64,000 nucleotides of DNA, taken from the NCBI RefSeq assembly GCF_037893015.1, contig NC_133658.1:742338877-742402876 (forward strand), given 5' to 3'. This DNA comes from Macrotis lagotis. Taxonomy: Eukaryota. The stretch's first letter is position 1. Each line of letters opens with the position of its first letter. Below, piece after piece: positions 13,221 through 23,999 of this stretch. The translations under genes were made by a program, and so were the position numbers. Under the pieces are notes generated by a model. It was not told where the DNA came from. It did not search any database and worked only from the letters and a program-made list of their open reading frames with translations.

Positions 13221-13380
13221 GGTGGCTAGGTGGCTCAGTGGATAGAGCAGCGGCCCTGGAGTCAGGAGTACCTGAGTTCAAATCCGGCCTCAGACACTTA
13301 ATAATTACTTAGCTGTGTGGCCTTGGGCAAGCCACTTAACCCCATTTGCCTTGCAAAAAAAAACTAAAAAAAAATCTACT
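13221..13380 (+). mobile_element. tRNA-derived SINE copy (CENPJ intron 8), followed by a MIR-like element at about 13420-13620
   Basis: ggggtggctaggtggctcagtggatagagcagcggccctggagtcaggagtacctgagttcaaatccggcctcagacacttaataatt...ttgcaaaaaaaaa. Downstream, ttacagatgaggaaactgaggc is the MIR core. Confidence 0.85.
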
Positions 13381-13861
13381 TAACAGCTAATGTATGCAGT
13401 GTTGCTTACTATGCGCCAGTATCTTACAATTAATATCTCATTAATCCTCACAATGACCCTGGAAGATTGGTGCTCTTATTACCCCCATTTTACAGATGAG
13501 GAAACTGAGGCAGAGGTCAAGTGACTTGTCCAGGATCACACAGCCCATGAATATCTGAGGCAGGTTTTGAAATTCAGGTCTTCCTGACTCTAGGACTAGA
13601 GCAGTCTACTGCTCCACCTAGAACATGTTTAATCAGCTTTACAGAAAATGTAAACAGATAGTTTTCAGTGGCAACTACACCCATTCTTAATTCCTTTATA
13701 TCTTCTGATAGTAGAATAACAGATTTTTTTAATATAGTTGTACTCTGTGCATATTCTTGTGCTGCTTTTTTATTGGGCAATATTTTATTGACACAGCTAT
13801 GTTTCTATATATTCATTATATTCAGTAATTTTTATGCAATGTGTATGAAATATGTCTTTTT

Positions 13862-13995
13862 TTTTTTTTTTTTTTTGCGAGGCAATGGGGTTAAAGACTT
13901 GCCCAAGCTAGATAATTATTAAATATCGGAGGCTGCATTTGAACTCAGGTTATCCTGACTCCAGGTCTGATGCTCTAACTGCGCCACCTAGCTGC
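13862..13995 (-). mobile_element. tRNA-derived SINE copy, inverted relative to the copy at 13221-13380
   Basis: ttttttgcgaggcaatggggttaaagacttgcccaagctagataattattaaatatcggaggctgcatttgaactcagg...gcgccacctagctgc is the reverse complement of the SINE consensus. Confidence 0.85.
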
Positions 13996-14828
13996 TCCTA
14001 TAGTATTATCTTTATAATTATTCTGTGCCATGTACTGTACACAAGATAACACAATGATCTCCATTTCTCAGGGAATTTATTATCAACTAAGGGCAGAGAT
14101 TAATCCGTTTAGTGATTTCCTGATCATAAAAAATTTAGGTTGTTGGCAAGAGTTTTATGTTATTAGAGTGAAAGCTTATCGTTTTTTTATTTTATTTTTC
14201 TCAATTATGTGAACAAAAATTTTTGTTTTTAAAAAACAAATTCAAATTTCATTTGAATTCCAAATTCTCTCCCTACCTCCTTTCTCTCCTCTGTCCTTGA
14301 GAAGGCAAGCAATTTGATATATTTTATACATGTGCAGTCATATTTAACAATTCCATATTTATTATATTGCAAAATAAATGCATACTATACAAAACAAGAA
14401 AAATAAAGTAAAAAAGTTTGTTTCAATCTACATTCACACTTCATCAGTTCTTTCTCTGCAGTTGGATTGCATTTTTCAATCCAAGTCCTTCAGAATTATC
14501 TTACATCACTGTATTGCTTAAGAATAGCTAAGTCATTCAGAGTTGTTTATCATACAATATTATATTGTTTTAGTAAATGATATTCTAATTTTGCCCTCTT
14601 TGCATCAGTTCAGAAAGTCTTCAGAGAAAGACTTCAAAAAGTCTTCCCAGGCTTTTCTGAAAACATCCTGCTCTTTCTCCCCTTCCCCCTCCTTGAGAAG
14701 ATAAGCAAATTGGTTATATAAGAGAAGTCATGCAAAAAATATTTCCATATTAGCCATATTGCAAAAGAAAACAAAACTAACAAAAATAAAGGAAGTATAA
14801 AAAGTATGATTCAATCTGCATTTAGAGT

Positions 14829-14832
<4 letters not shown>

Positions 14833-14887
<55 letters not shown>

Positions 14888-14899
14888 CCTCCCTCCCTC
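14833..14899. repeat. (CT)n followed by (CCCT)4 polypyrimidine microsatellite
   Basis: atctctctctctctctctctctctctctctctctctctctctctctctctccctccctccctccctct. Confidence 0.95.
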
Positions 14900-15547
14900 T
14901 AGTTCTCTCTTTCTAGTAATATATGACCATACTGAAATAGTTCTTTCAAGGAAATCAAATGAAATTTTTATTTTGAATTATGAGGATGTGAAGCACACAA
15001 TGGGAGTAGAAATAAATTAGCAGGTACTGACCGAGATTTAAATAAACCCTCATATTTACAAATAGTTAATGTAATTTAGACTTTGATGTGAATGAAAAGC
15101 CAAATTAGACATACAGTAGACCTTTAATAACTTTCATATTGTCTATTTCTACTAATGTAGTTACAGTTACAGTTAGGTCTTTATTTTTAGATTGATATAC
15201 TGTGAGAAAAATAAAAATTAAAAAAAATTTGAAGTATGATTCCCTCACCTTTCAAAACATATAAACTAAATGCATAAATACTAATACAATAAACTATAAA
15301 ATATAGTCAACTTTTATAGCCATGAATTAGAAGGTCAGAGATTATCTAGAGGGAATGTATGTGTGCTTTGTGTGGTAACTGTTATAAGTAACTGTAGCTC
15401 ATTGCCATATTTAGGTAATGTTTGTCTCATACTAGTTCTCTGATTTTGACAGTGAAGGTTGTCGCTTAAGATTCCTTACTGATTTTGGATTATTCTAATT
15501 GAATATTTATTCTGGGTGATAAGAGGTTTTTGTTTTGATCAATTTAG

Positions 15548-15713
15548 AAAAGAGATTGCAGACTTTGAACAACAGAAAATGAAAGAATTGACTCGAATTG
15601 AAGAGTTTAAAAAGGAGGAGATGCGAAAACTACAAAAAGAACGCAGAGTTTTTGAAAAATACACTACAACTGCAAGAGCAATTCCAGATAGAAAAGAACG
15701 TGAAGAAATTCAG
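15548..15713 (+). CDS. CENPJ: CENPJ coding exon 9
   Basis: Acceptor caatttag|a. Translation (R)[55 protein letters not shown] matches human [55 protein letters not shown]. Donor CAG|gtatga. Confidence 0.92.
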
Positions 15714-16261
15714 GTATGAGAGGTCTTGGTAGTGCAAACATACAAGTTATGCAAAATGAAAGAAGTTGTATTTTTATTGTTATGGAATTTTTCTTATATA
15801 TCTACGACAGGATTCATTTGCTAATCTCAATTTTAAGTGTATTGTAAGCATGATGTCAAAATTCTAACTGGATATACTTAATGCAACATTGCACTTACAA
15901 GAATCATAATTATCTCTAGCACTAACTTGGTATAATTATATACTATTTAACTACTATATAAAAACCAGAAAGATGTTATACCTTCAGAGTAGGTAGCATG
16001 CAGAGTAGGTAGCAAATAAGAACTGGTTCATTTGGTTTTCATTGTGCAACTGTCATCAAGCTGTAGATCAGTTTTTAATATCTTCATTCTGATCTCATGT
16101 ATATCTGATATAACTGAGGATACTGTCATATTTAATTCATACTTTGGTATTATTTTTACTTTTATTAGAAATATTTTTCCATTGAAATTCTATTTCTGGA
16201 CATGGGATTTTTCCATTGATTCACTGGCTATAGTGTCTTATATTTTTTTAAAATTAAAAAA

Positions 16262-16412
16262 AATTTTTATTTAAGGCAATGGGGTTAAGTGGCTTGCCCA
16301 AGGCCATAAAGCCAGGCAATTGTTAAGTGTCTGAGGTCACATTTGAACTCCAGTCCTCCTGATTCCAGGGTCAGTGCTCTAACACTGTGCCACCTAGCTG
16401 TCCAGTTTCTTA
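16262..16412 (-). mobile_element. tRNA-derived SINE copy (CENPJ intron 9), followed by a MIR-like element at about 16615-16790
   Basis: aaggcaatggggttaagtggcttgcccaaggccataaagccaggcaattgttaagtgtctgaggtcacatttgaactccag...gtgccacctagctgtcc. Confidence 0.85.
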
Positions 16413-18786
16413 TTGGATTAAGAAAAAAATTCCTTTCCTGTTCATTTACTAATCTGAAATAGAGCAGATTTGGGAACATTTTCTTTCTTCTGCCCTTTAA
16501 TCTGCAAACTTCATTTTCAAGCTCCTATTGGACATTCAGTTGTCCATTGGACATTTTTAATATAGATTTTATATCTCAAATTATGTCTAAAACTTGAATT
16601 TCTTATTCCCAGGTCAGTATGGTATAGTGGAAAAAGAGCAATGGTTCTGATGTTAGAGGACCTGGATTCAGTTCTGACCACTGGCACAAGTCATTTCACC
16701 TCCTTTGGCCTCACTTTCTTCATTTGTAAAATGAAAAGATTGGAATAGATGATCCTATGAAGTTTCTTTCAGCTCTACACTGATGATCCTATGACTTTTT
16801 AAATTTTGATTAATGATAATTGTTTTTCTCTTCAAGTGCATTCAGGCTTGAAATTGGTCACTTTTTCTTAAGTCTCCTTGTCATGCCTTCTAATTGTGAA
16901 TGTACATCTAGGCTCTGTTCTGAGCACTCACTTAATTCTTTTTGTATATTATCTCATTTGAGGATCTTACCAGTTACCTTAGGTTTCTTTATTGTCTTTA
17001 TGCAGATGACTCCCAAATTCAGGTGTGTCATCTTTCTCCTGAGGTCCATTGGCACATCTCTAAGTACTTGTTGGGTATTTCAAAATAGAGATTCCTTAGA
17101 CATCTCAAATCCATTATATCTCAAACTGAACTTTTTTTCCCCCCCAATTTTACTGTTTTTCAAACTTCCTTATTTATTATTGATTGTATCATCCTCCTTT
17201 AGTCACACAGGCTTGCAACTTTGGTGTCAACCTTGACTCTTTGTATTTGTGGAAGGACAAAGAACAATCAGTAGCCAAATCTTGTTGTTTTTACTTATAC
17301 AACATCTCTTGTATCTGTCCCCCTTCTTTTGTTCATACAGCCTTAGTTTAGCCCTCCATTACCTTTTACCTAAGCTAATCTAATAACTTCCTAATTAGTT
17401 TTCCTTGCCTCAGGTTTCACACACCTGTCAAGTGATTTTTTTCCCTTATGTGCAATTCTGATGTTATTTCCTTGCTCAATAAATTTAAAATCTTCCTGTT
17501 GCCTCTGAGATCAAATGCAAGCCTTTCAGTTTTAGCTTTTAAAGTCTCTAACCTTTATTTCCAGCTTTAGACTATATTTTTCCATTTTTTTTTATGCATT
17601 CTTGCTATTCTCCCAAACTGCCCTTCTGATGTTCTCATAGGGCACTCCATCTCCCATCTCTGTGCCTTCTTTTACTGGCTATCTCCCCATATTGGAAAAT
17701 GCTGTCCACTTCTTGTACTTACTTGTTTCCTTCTAAACTCTTCATACATGCCACTTTCTTTGTGAAGCTTCTTAAGATTATCCCGCCAGTGTCCTTCCCA
17801 TCAAAATTTTATCACAGATTTTATGTATTTGCTACTTCACCCCCATTACAATGGGGCTAGGGGACGCCTTCATTTTTGTTTTTCTTTTCAGCAACTAGTA
17901 TCTGCACTAGTATCTTTTCAGTAACTAGTATAGTTTCACTAAAGTGCTTTTTGATTGATTTTTTGACTTTCCTCATTCACTCAGCCCTCTATTTGGTAAT
18001 CAGGTTAGGTCTTCATGTCTTGCATATCTCTCTGTCCTTTTCTTTTCCACTGTCACCATCCATAGTTTATGACTTGACTATTTCAGTTCTCTTGTAACAA
18101 CTCTTTTTGTCTAGTCCCTTTCCTATTACCTCTCCTAATTTCTCCTCCCAGATTTTTCTTTCTAAAATTTAAGATTTGAATAGATTGATTATAAAACAAA
18201 ACTGCCAGTAATATACAATTTGATCCTTTATCCTGGTGTTCAAAGCCTTAATTAACTTAACTTTTCTAGTTTATGTTATATAATGTTTCTACAGAATCCT
18301 GCTTCTCTAGTCAAAACTCATTATACCTTAATTTAGTTTGTGCTTTGTCTCCTTGGACCTTTGCTCAAACTGTTGCCCTTACTAAAATCTCCTCTTACTG
18401 ATCTGCTGATCAGTCTTTCAGGGAATTAGACTTGGTTTTTGTTAAGTGTTCTTGTTTTTCTACTGTTTCACTATTTGTTTGATATTTACTTCTTGTTTCA
18501 TTACTGTTTGATATTTAATATATACAACACTTTTTGTAGTAGTTGCTTTTGTTTGTGCTTTCTCTCCCTCCCTAACTTAGAGATACATGGCTGGCAGGTT
18601 CCATTTGTCCTAAACATGTTTGTGAATATCCACAATACCTAACTGAGCCTTGGATGTAAACAAATGTTCAATTTGTTTACCTGCATGTCTTTGTCATTTA
18701 GGGCTCTATTCATACTATAGTAGCTTGATAACAAAAATGTCCTTTGATTTATTGAGCACTTCTGAATGTTTGCTTCTCTTTTGAAG

Positions 18787-19029
18787 GCTTTAAAACAACA
18801 AATAGCAGAGTTACAGGAAGAGTTGAGGAGAAAAGAGACAAAGTGGTCAAATACACATAGTCGCCTTAAAAGCCAAATAGAAGCATTAGCTAAAGAGAAC
18901 ACAGATCTTCGAGAAGAGATAAAAATAATGGAACGGTTTCGACTTGAAGCCTGGAAAAAAGCAGAAGCCATTGAAAACAACTTAAAGAATGAACATCCCC
19001 TGATTTCTATGAAGAAAGAAGAGTCTACA
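18787..19029 (+). CDS. CENPJ: CENPJ coding exon 10
   Basis: Acceptor ttctcttttgaag|gct. Translation [67 protein letters not shown]...ESTV matches human [63 protein letters not shown]. Donor ACA|gtgagt. Confidence 0.9.
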
Positions 19030-19520
19030 GTGAGTTTATAGTTATTTTTATGTTATTCAGACTTTAATTCAGATACAATGAAAGTTTTTAAAAATAGATT
19101 TTTATAATTGGTACAAACTTTGGATTCCCAACATTGCTAATTATAATTTGTAGTTAAAATGAAATTACAGTTTTGTGTTGAGCCTAATATAACATTTTAA
19201 AAATGAGTTAATTTACATGTTTAAATCTTAAAATTGATTTACAAATTGAGGGCTTTATTAATCAAGTGAATAATCTCCTTTCTGGTATGTTGTGAAAGCA
19301 AAAAAAAAAAAAATCAAACTGCTTTTGTACTCATCTTAAAGCATATTTTCTACTCTGAATGGATTATTTATCTGGCTTGAATAAATCCTTTGGGAGGAAT
19401 AAACACTAGATATTGTTTTTTGAAAACAAATTAAACAGAATGATGCCTAATATTTTTGTCATAGATTGCTGAATATTCTTCTTTTTTATTTAAAATGCCC
19501 AATATATAATATCATTACAG

Positions 19521-19605
19521 ATTCCATTGTTAGGTTTTCAGAAAAATCCAAACTTATCTTCAAATCAGATGGAAAAATACAAGAAAAGTCATTCACCAGG
19601 ACAAG
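19521..19605 (+). CDS. CENPJ: CENPJ coding exon 11 (5' boundary ambiguous: an alternative in-frame acceptor would start the exon at 19542)
   Basis: Translation IPLLGFQKNPNLSSNQMEKYKKSHSPGQ aligns with human [25 protein letters not shown]. Acceptor ag at 19519-19520 (atcattacag|att). A second ag at 19540-19541 (ggttttcag|aaa) is also in frame. Donor G|gtatta at 19605/19606. Confidence 0.6.
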
Positions 19606-20230
19606 GTATTAAATTGTTTATGGGGAGGGTATAAGCATACATGTATATTTAGGTGTTTACCTAGGAATGGTTTATTTTATGAATTAAGTTCTCAAATTTT
19701 TTGCAGAACTGAAACTCTTCTCGTCTGAGTTTGAGTTTGGATTATCTTATTAACAAATATTCAGCTCCCATTTTGTAAAATCTTTTGAAATGATTTCTTA
19801 TTGTTTATTAGAAGTACACCACAAGACTGATTTAACAATTTAAAAAATTTCATCATTTTCATCTCCATCTTTACATAAGCTACCATCTTGAAAAATTGTT
19901 ATTTTTTACTTCAAATTTCTTTTGCTTAGATAATTTGAGAGCTTCATTTTAAATCTGGTAGATCACCCATATAGTCATCATCTTATTTTTCTTCTTTGGG
20001 ATTTAACACTTTTTTACATTGTTTCTTGAATATTTTAGATTTTACCCAAATATCTGTAGCAGACAAAGGTAGTAGAGTATCTACAGTTAATAAGATAAAT
20101 ACTCCCTCTCCCCTTTAACCTGACTGAGAGACATAAACACTTTTCATTATGCCAATATAATCAATGCTTAAATATATACATTCATAATGCCTGATTGAGT
20201 CAGATCTTTTTATTTTTATTTCATTTATTT

Positions 20231-20395
20231 TTTTTTTTTTAGTTTTTTTGAAAGGCAATGGGGTTAAGTGGCTTGCCCAAGGCCACACAGCTAGGTAATT
20301 ATTAAGTGTCTGAGGCCAGATTTGAACTCAGGTACTCCTGACTCCAGGGCTGGTGCTCTATCCACTGTGCCACCTAGCTGCCCCTTGAGTCAGAT
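20231..20395 (-). mobile_element. tRNA-derived SINE copy
   Basis: poly-T head then gaaaggcaatggggttaagtggcttgcccaaggccacacagctaggtaattattaagtgtctgagg...gtgccacctagctgcccc. Confidence 0.85.
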
Positions 20396-20659
20396 ATTTG
20401 AAAAACAACTTTTTAGTAATATAATAGTTTTTGAATTTGTTAAATGTTGAAGTTGTGTATGAACTATGCAGACAGAAAAGCAGAAAGATCGACTGTGAGC
20501 TCCACAGAATACAGTTTAAGAAATGCTAGTCTTTGGTATAAATCTTAATTTTTTTTCCCATTAGGAAGCAATTAATTGAAATCACAAGGAGATATCATCA
20601 GTTGCATGACCTGATGATATTTAAAATGGGTAAACAGGATGGTTTATACCCAGTGATTT

Positions 20660-20812
20660 TTTTTTTGTTTGTTTTTGCAAGGCAATCAGGGTTGAGTGAC
20701 TTGCCCAACATCACAGATAAACATCAAATGTCTGAGGCCCAATTTATCTCAGGTCCTCCTGACTCCAGTGTTGACTATCTACTGTACCACCTAGCTGCCC
20801 CACAGCGCTTTC
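20660..20812 (-). mobile_element. tRNA-derived SINE copy (diverged)
   Basis: ttgcaaggcaatcagggttgagtgacttgcccaacatcacagataaacatcaaatgtctgaggcc...gtaccacctagctgcccc. ORF-track entry 20602..20826 is inside it. Confidence 0.75.
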
Positions 20813-22335
20813 TTAACAAGGTGTGAATTTTGATTGGATCAAGTAGGGGATAGCTAATTGACCAATGAAATAGGCTGAGCATGCCTCTGAGGGCTTTAAA
20901 TAGATGGAGTAAATCTAGAAAAAATGTTTATCCTTCTGGCCCTGATCACCAGACCCCTACCCTAATAGTGACTGATAGATTTCATTGCTTCCTTTACAGT
21001 TTTGAAATCTCTCAAAGCAGAATGGAGGCAGAGCTAGGTGGATAATGGCTAGAGTGCTTGGCCTGAGTTTAATTCTTCCCTTTTAGACACTTTCTTTTTT
21101 GCTGTGTGACCCTGGGTAAGTCACTCCATGTTGTCTGCCTCGGTTTCCCTATGTGCAAAATGGGGATAATAATAGCATGTGCCTCCCAGGATTGTTTTGA
21201 GGCTCAAATGTCCAGCATTTAACACAGTGTGTGGCACATAGGAATGCTCTATCGCTGTTTGATAAATTTTATATTTAATTATAATAATAATAGTAATAAT
21301 AATAATAAGTAATTCAGGTTAAGGCCCAATGGAAGATCATCATTTTACTATTTTCTGCCTTATACCAACTGCCTCTGGAAATTTGTTTTCAGTTCCATAC
21401 TTTATGAAATTTGTGAGCTAGAGGAGACAGTGACTAGGATGGCAAAGGGCTATCTAAAGATTATTTTAATTTTAAATAATTGTTTGAAGCAGAGAAGACT
21501 TGAGAATCAGATCCATTCAAGAGTGGAATGAACTCCCTTGGGAGAAAATGGTTTTTAATGGTTTCCCTCTCACTGGAGGCTGTATGGCCCTTGTCAGAAG
21601 GGTAGTATTTTTTTCAAGTATGGATGGTTGAAATACATGGCCACTGAGTAACTCTTTTAAATCTAAGATACTGTAAGAAGATTTTGTATTGTAAAGAAAT
21701 GAGTAGGTGCATCTGCTTCCCCTCCACTGAAGTTCCAATTTGGCTTCAGACACTTACTGGCTTTGTGACCCTGGACAAGTCACTTTTGTCCTAATGACAA
21801 ACCTTTCCATTGTCTGCCAAGAAAACCTCATGGACTGTATGGTCTGGGGTCACAAAGAGATGGACATGACTGACCAACAACAGAGACAGGGTGGGGAAAA
21901 GATGAGCAGGTTTTATGATGAGCATGAGCTCATGCCCTTTGCATAGAAGAGTCTGGGTGAACCCCAACTCCATTCCACTGCGGCATAAAGCATCTAGGGA
22001 TGGAGTCTTGCTATCTATGTCACTCTAGGCAAGTGGTTCAACTTCTTAATTTCCTTGTTAGAGACAACAGCATTTAGTTCACAGAGTTTATAAGACTCTG
22101 AGCCTCAAAAGGTTTATATAAAATATGAGCTGTTACTTGATATTGCTATAATTAATATTTTCCCCCCCTCTTAAAAAAGTATTGCTAACAAATGGACAGC
22201 TGATAAAAACTCATTATTTGCTAAGATCTAAGTGTTCTGTTTTGAGAATTTTGTAAACATGGGTATCTAAGTTCTAAGGTGTCTAACATAAGGAAAAAGT
22301 AGATTTAAAAAAGTTTAGCTCTCTCTCCCTTTTTT

Positions 22336-22492
22336 TTTTTTAAGGTTTTTGCAAGGCAAACGGGGTTAAGTGGCTTGCCCAAGGCCACACAGCTAGGTAA
22401 TTATTAAGTGTCTGAGACTGGATTTGAACCCAGGTACTCCCGACTCCAGGGCCAGTGCTTTATCCACTATGCCACCTAGCCGCCCCCTCTCT
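22336..22492 (-). mobile_element. tRNA-derived SINE copy
   Basis: ttgcaaggcaaacggggttaagtggcttgcccaaggccacacagctaggtaattattaagtgtctgagactggatttgaacccagg...gccacctagccgcccc. Confidence 0.85.
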
Positions 22493-23267
22493 CCCCTTTC
22501 TTTCTAACGATTTGAACTAGGAAGAGACCTTTGATTTTATAACTGGAAAGTTTTAACAATGATAAACTTTGCATTTTCTTTTAGTTTTTTTCAGATGTAA
22601 GCCATCTCTCCTTCTTATATTTACTAGTTAACTAAATTACAAATTAAGTTATTCACTAAAGGTAAAAATTCAAAGTAGTCACAGTCAAGAGAATTAAGAG
22701 TTGGTTCTTGTTCTTGTTCTCTGTGTATATTGACAATTATAGTTCATTTTCCAGTTAAAGACTTGAATAATGCTTTAAAAGAGACTGCAAGAAAAATTTA
22801 ATATTTTTATGCTGGAAAGTCACCATATCAACTTTTTTAATATACTATTACAATAGTCAGTGAATTTTAGTGCTGGAAGGGACTTTGGTGATCATTTAGT
22901 TCAAATCCCATCATTTTAGAGATATAAGAAACTGAAGCCTTAATGTGGTAAAAAGAGCTTTGCAAAAGGTTCCAGAGGTAGTAGTTTCAGTTCCAAGTTT
23001 CAAACTCTTGTCATCTTGCTCTAAATCAAGTGCTAATTTCCCCTACACCTTCCACTATTTGTGACTATAAGCTCCATTAAGGACAGAGACAGCTTTATCC
23101 CCTACATTTACACTATAGCGACTGGTCTAGTGCATTGTACACAATAAGTTCTGAGTAAATGTCTGTCCAATAAATTAGGTGTAAATTGATGTTCTTATTT
23201 AACTAAATCATCATCACATACTCGTAGTGTACAGTATCTCAGTTTCTTTAGGTTAAAAAATGGTCAT

Positions 23268-23410
23268 GGGGCAACTAGGTGGTGCAGTGGATAGAACACT
23301 GACCTTGGAGTCGGGAGGACCTGAGTTCAAATTCTGCCTCAGACACTTAATAGTTACCTGGCTGTGTGACCATGGGTAAGTCACTTAACCCCAAAGAAAA
23401 GGGAAAAAAA
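23268..23410 (+). mobile_element. tRNA-derived SINE copy about 230 nt upstream of CENPJ exon 12
   Basis: gggcaactaggtggtgcagtggatagaacactgaccttggagtcgggaggacctgagttcaaattctgcctcagacacttaatagttacc...cacttaacccc. Confidence 0.85.
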
Positions 23411-23636
23411 AGATGGTCTTAAATGTTGTGATTATGTGGTTCATTTCATCTCAAAATCTATTTCTATGTCAAATGCTAAACTTTTAAAGATGCTTAAGCC
23501 AACATGTCATGTTATTAAGACAACAAAGTTAATTTTAAGTATTTGTATCTGATATGAGCCTATTTTAATTGAAAGGAGAATTTTATGTTACCAACTTTAT
23601 TTTTAATGTAATTTTTTTTTTTTTGGATAAAAACAG

Positions 23637-23701
23637 GAAATCTGCCACGGAGACCAAAGTCAGCATCAATTCAGGATCTAAGTAATTCGGATAAAGGACA
23701 G
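23637..23701 (+). CDS. CENPJ: CENPJ coding exon 12
   Basis: Acceptor ttttttttttggataaaaacag|ga. Translation (G)NLPRRPKSASIQDLSNSDKGQ matches human [21 protein letters not shown]. Donor CAG|gtgaat. Confidence 0.88.
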
Positions 23702-23999
23702 GTGAATTTTATAGTAGCTTCATATTTTAATGTATGTAGATATAATTTAAATGTTATTACCTACCTGCCTTGAAAGTTAAAAAAAAAATTAGTGGCTAGA
23801 AAGATACATGATTAGGTGATTAAGTGAATAAAGGATTCTGCTGAGACTTTTTTAAAATTTAGCTTTAATCAAGAAAATTTTTTTGAGTTCTTACTCTGTT
23901 AAAAGTATTGTGCTAAGCACTGGGGAAAAATAAGGCAAAAATAGAAAAATGGTCCCTTTCTTTCAGAAGCTTAATATCCCAATGTGGAATTAAATGCCT

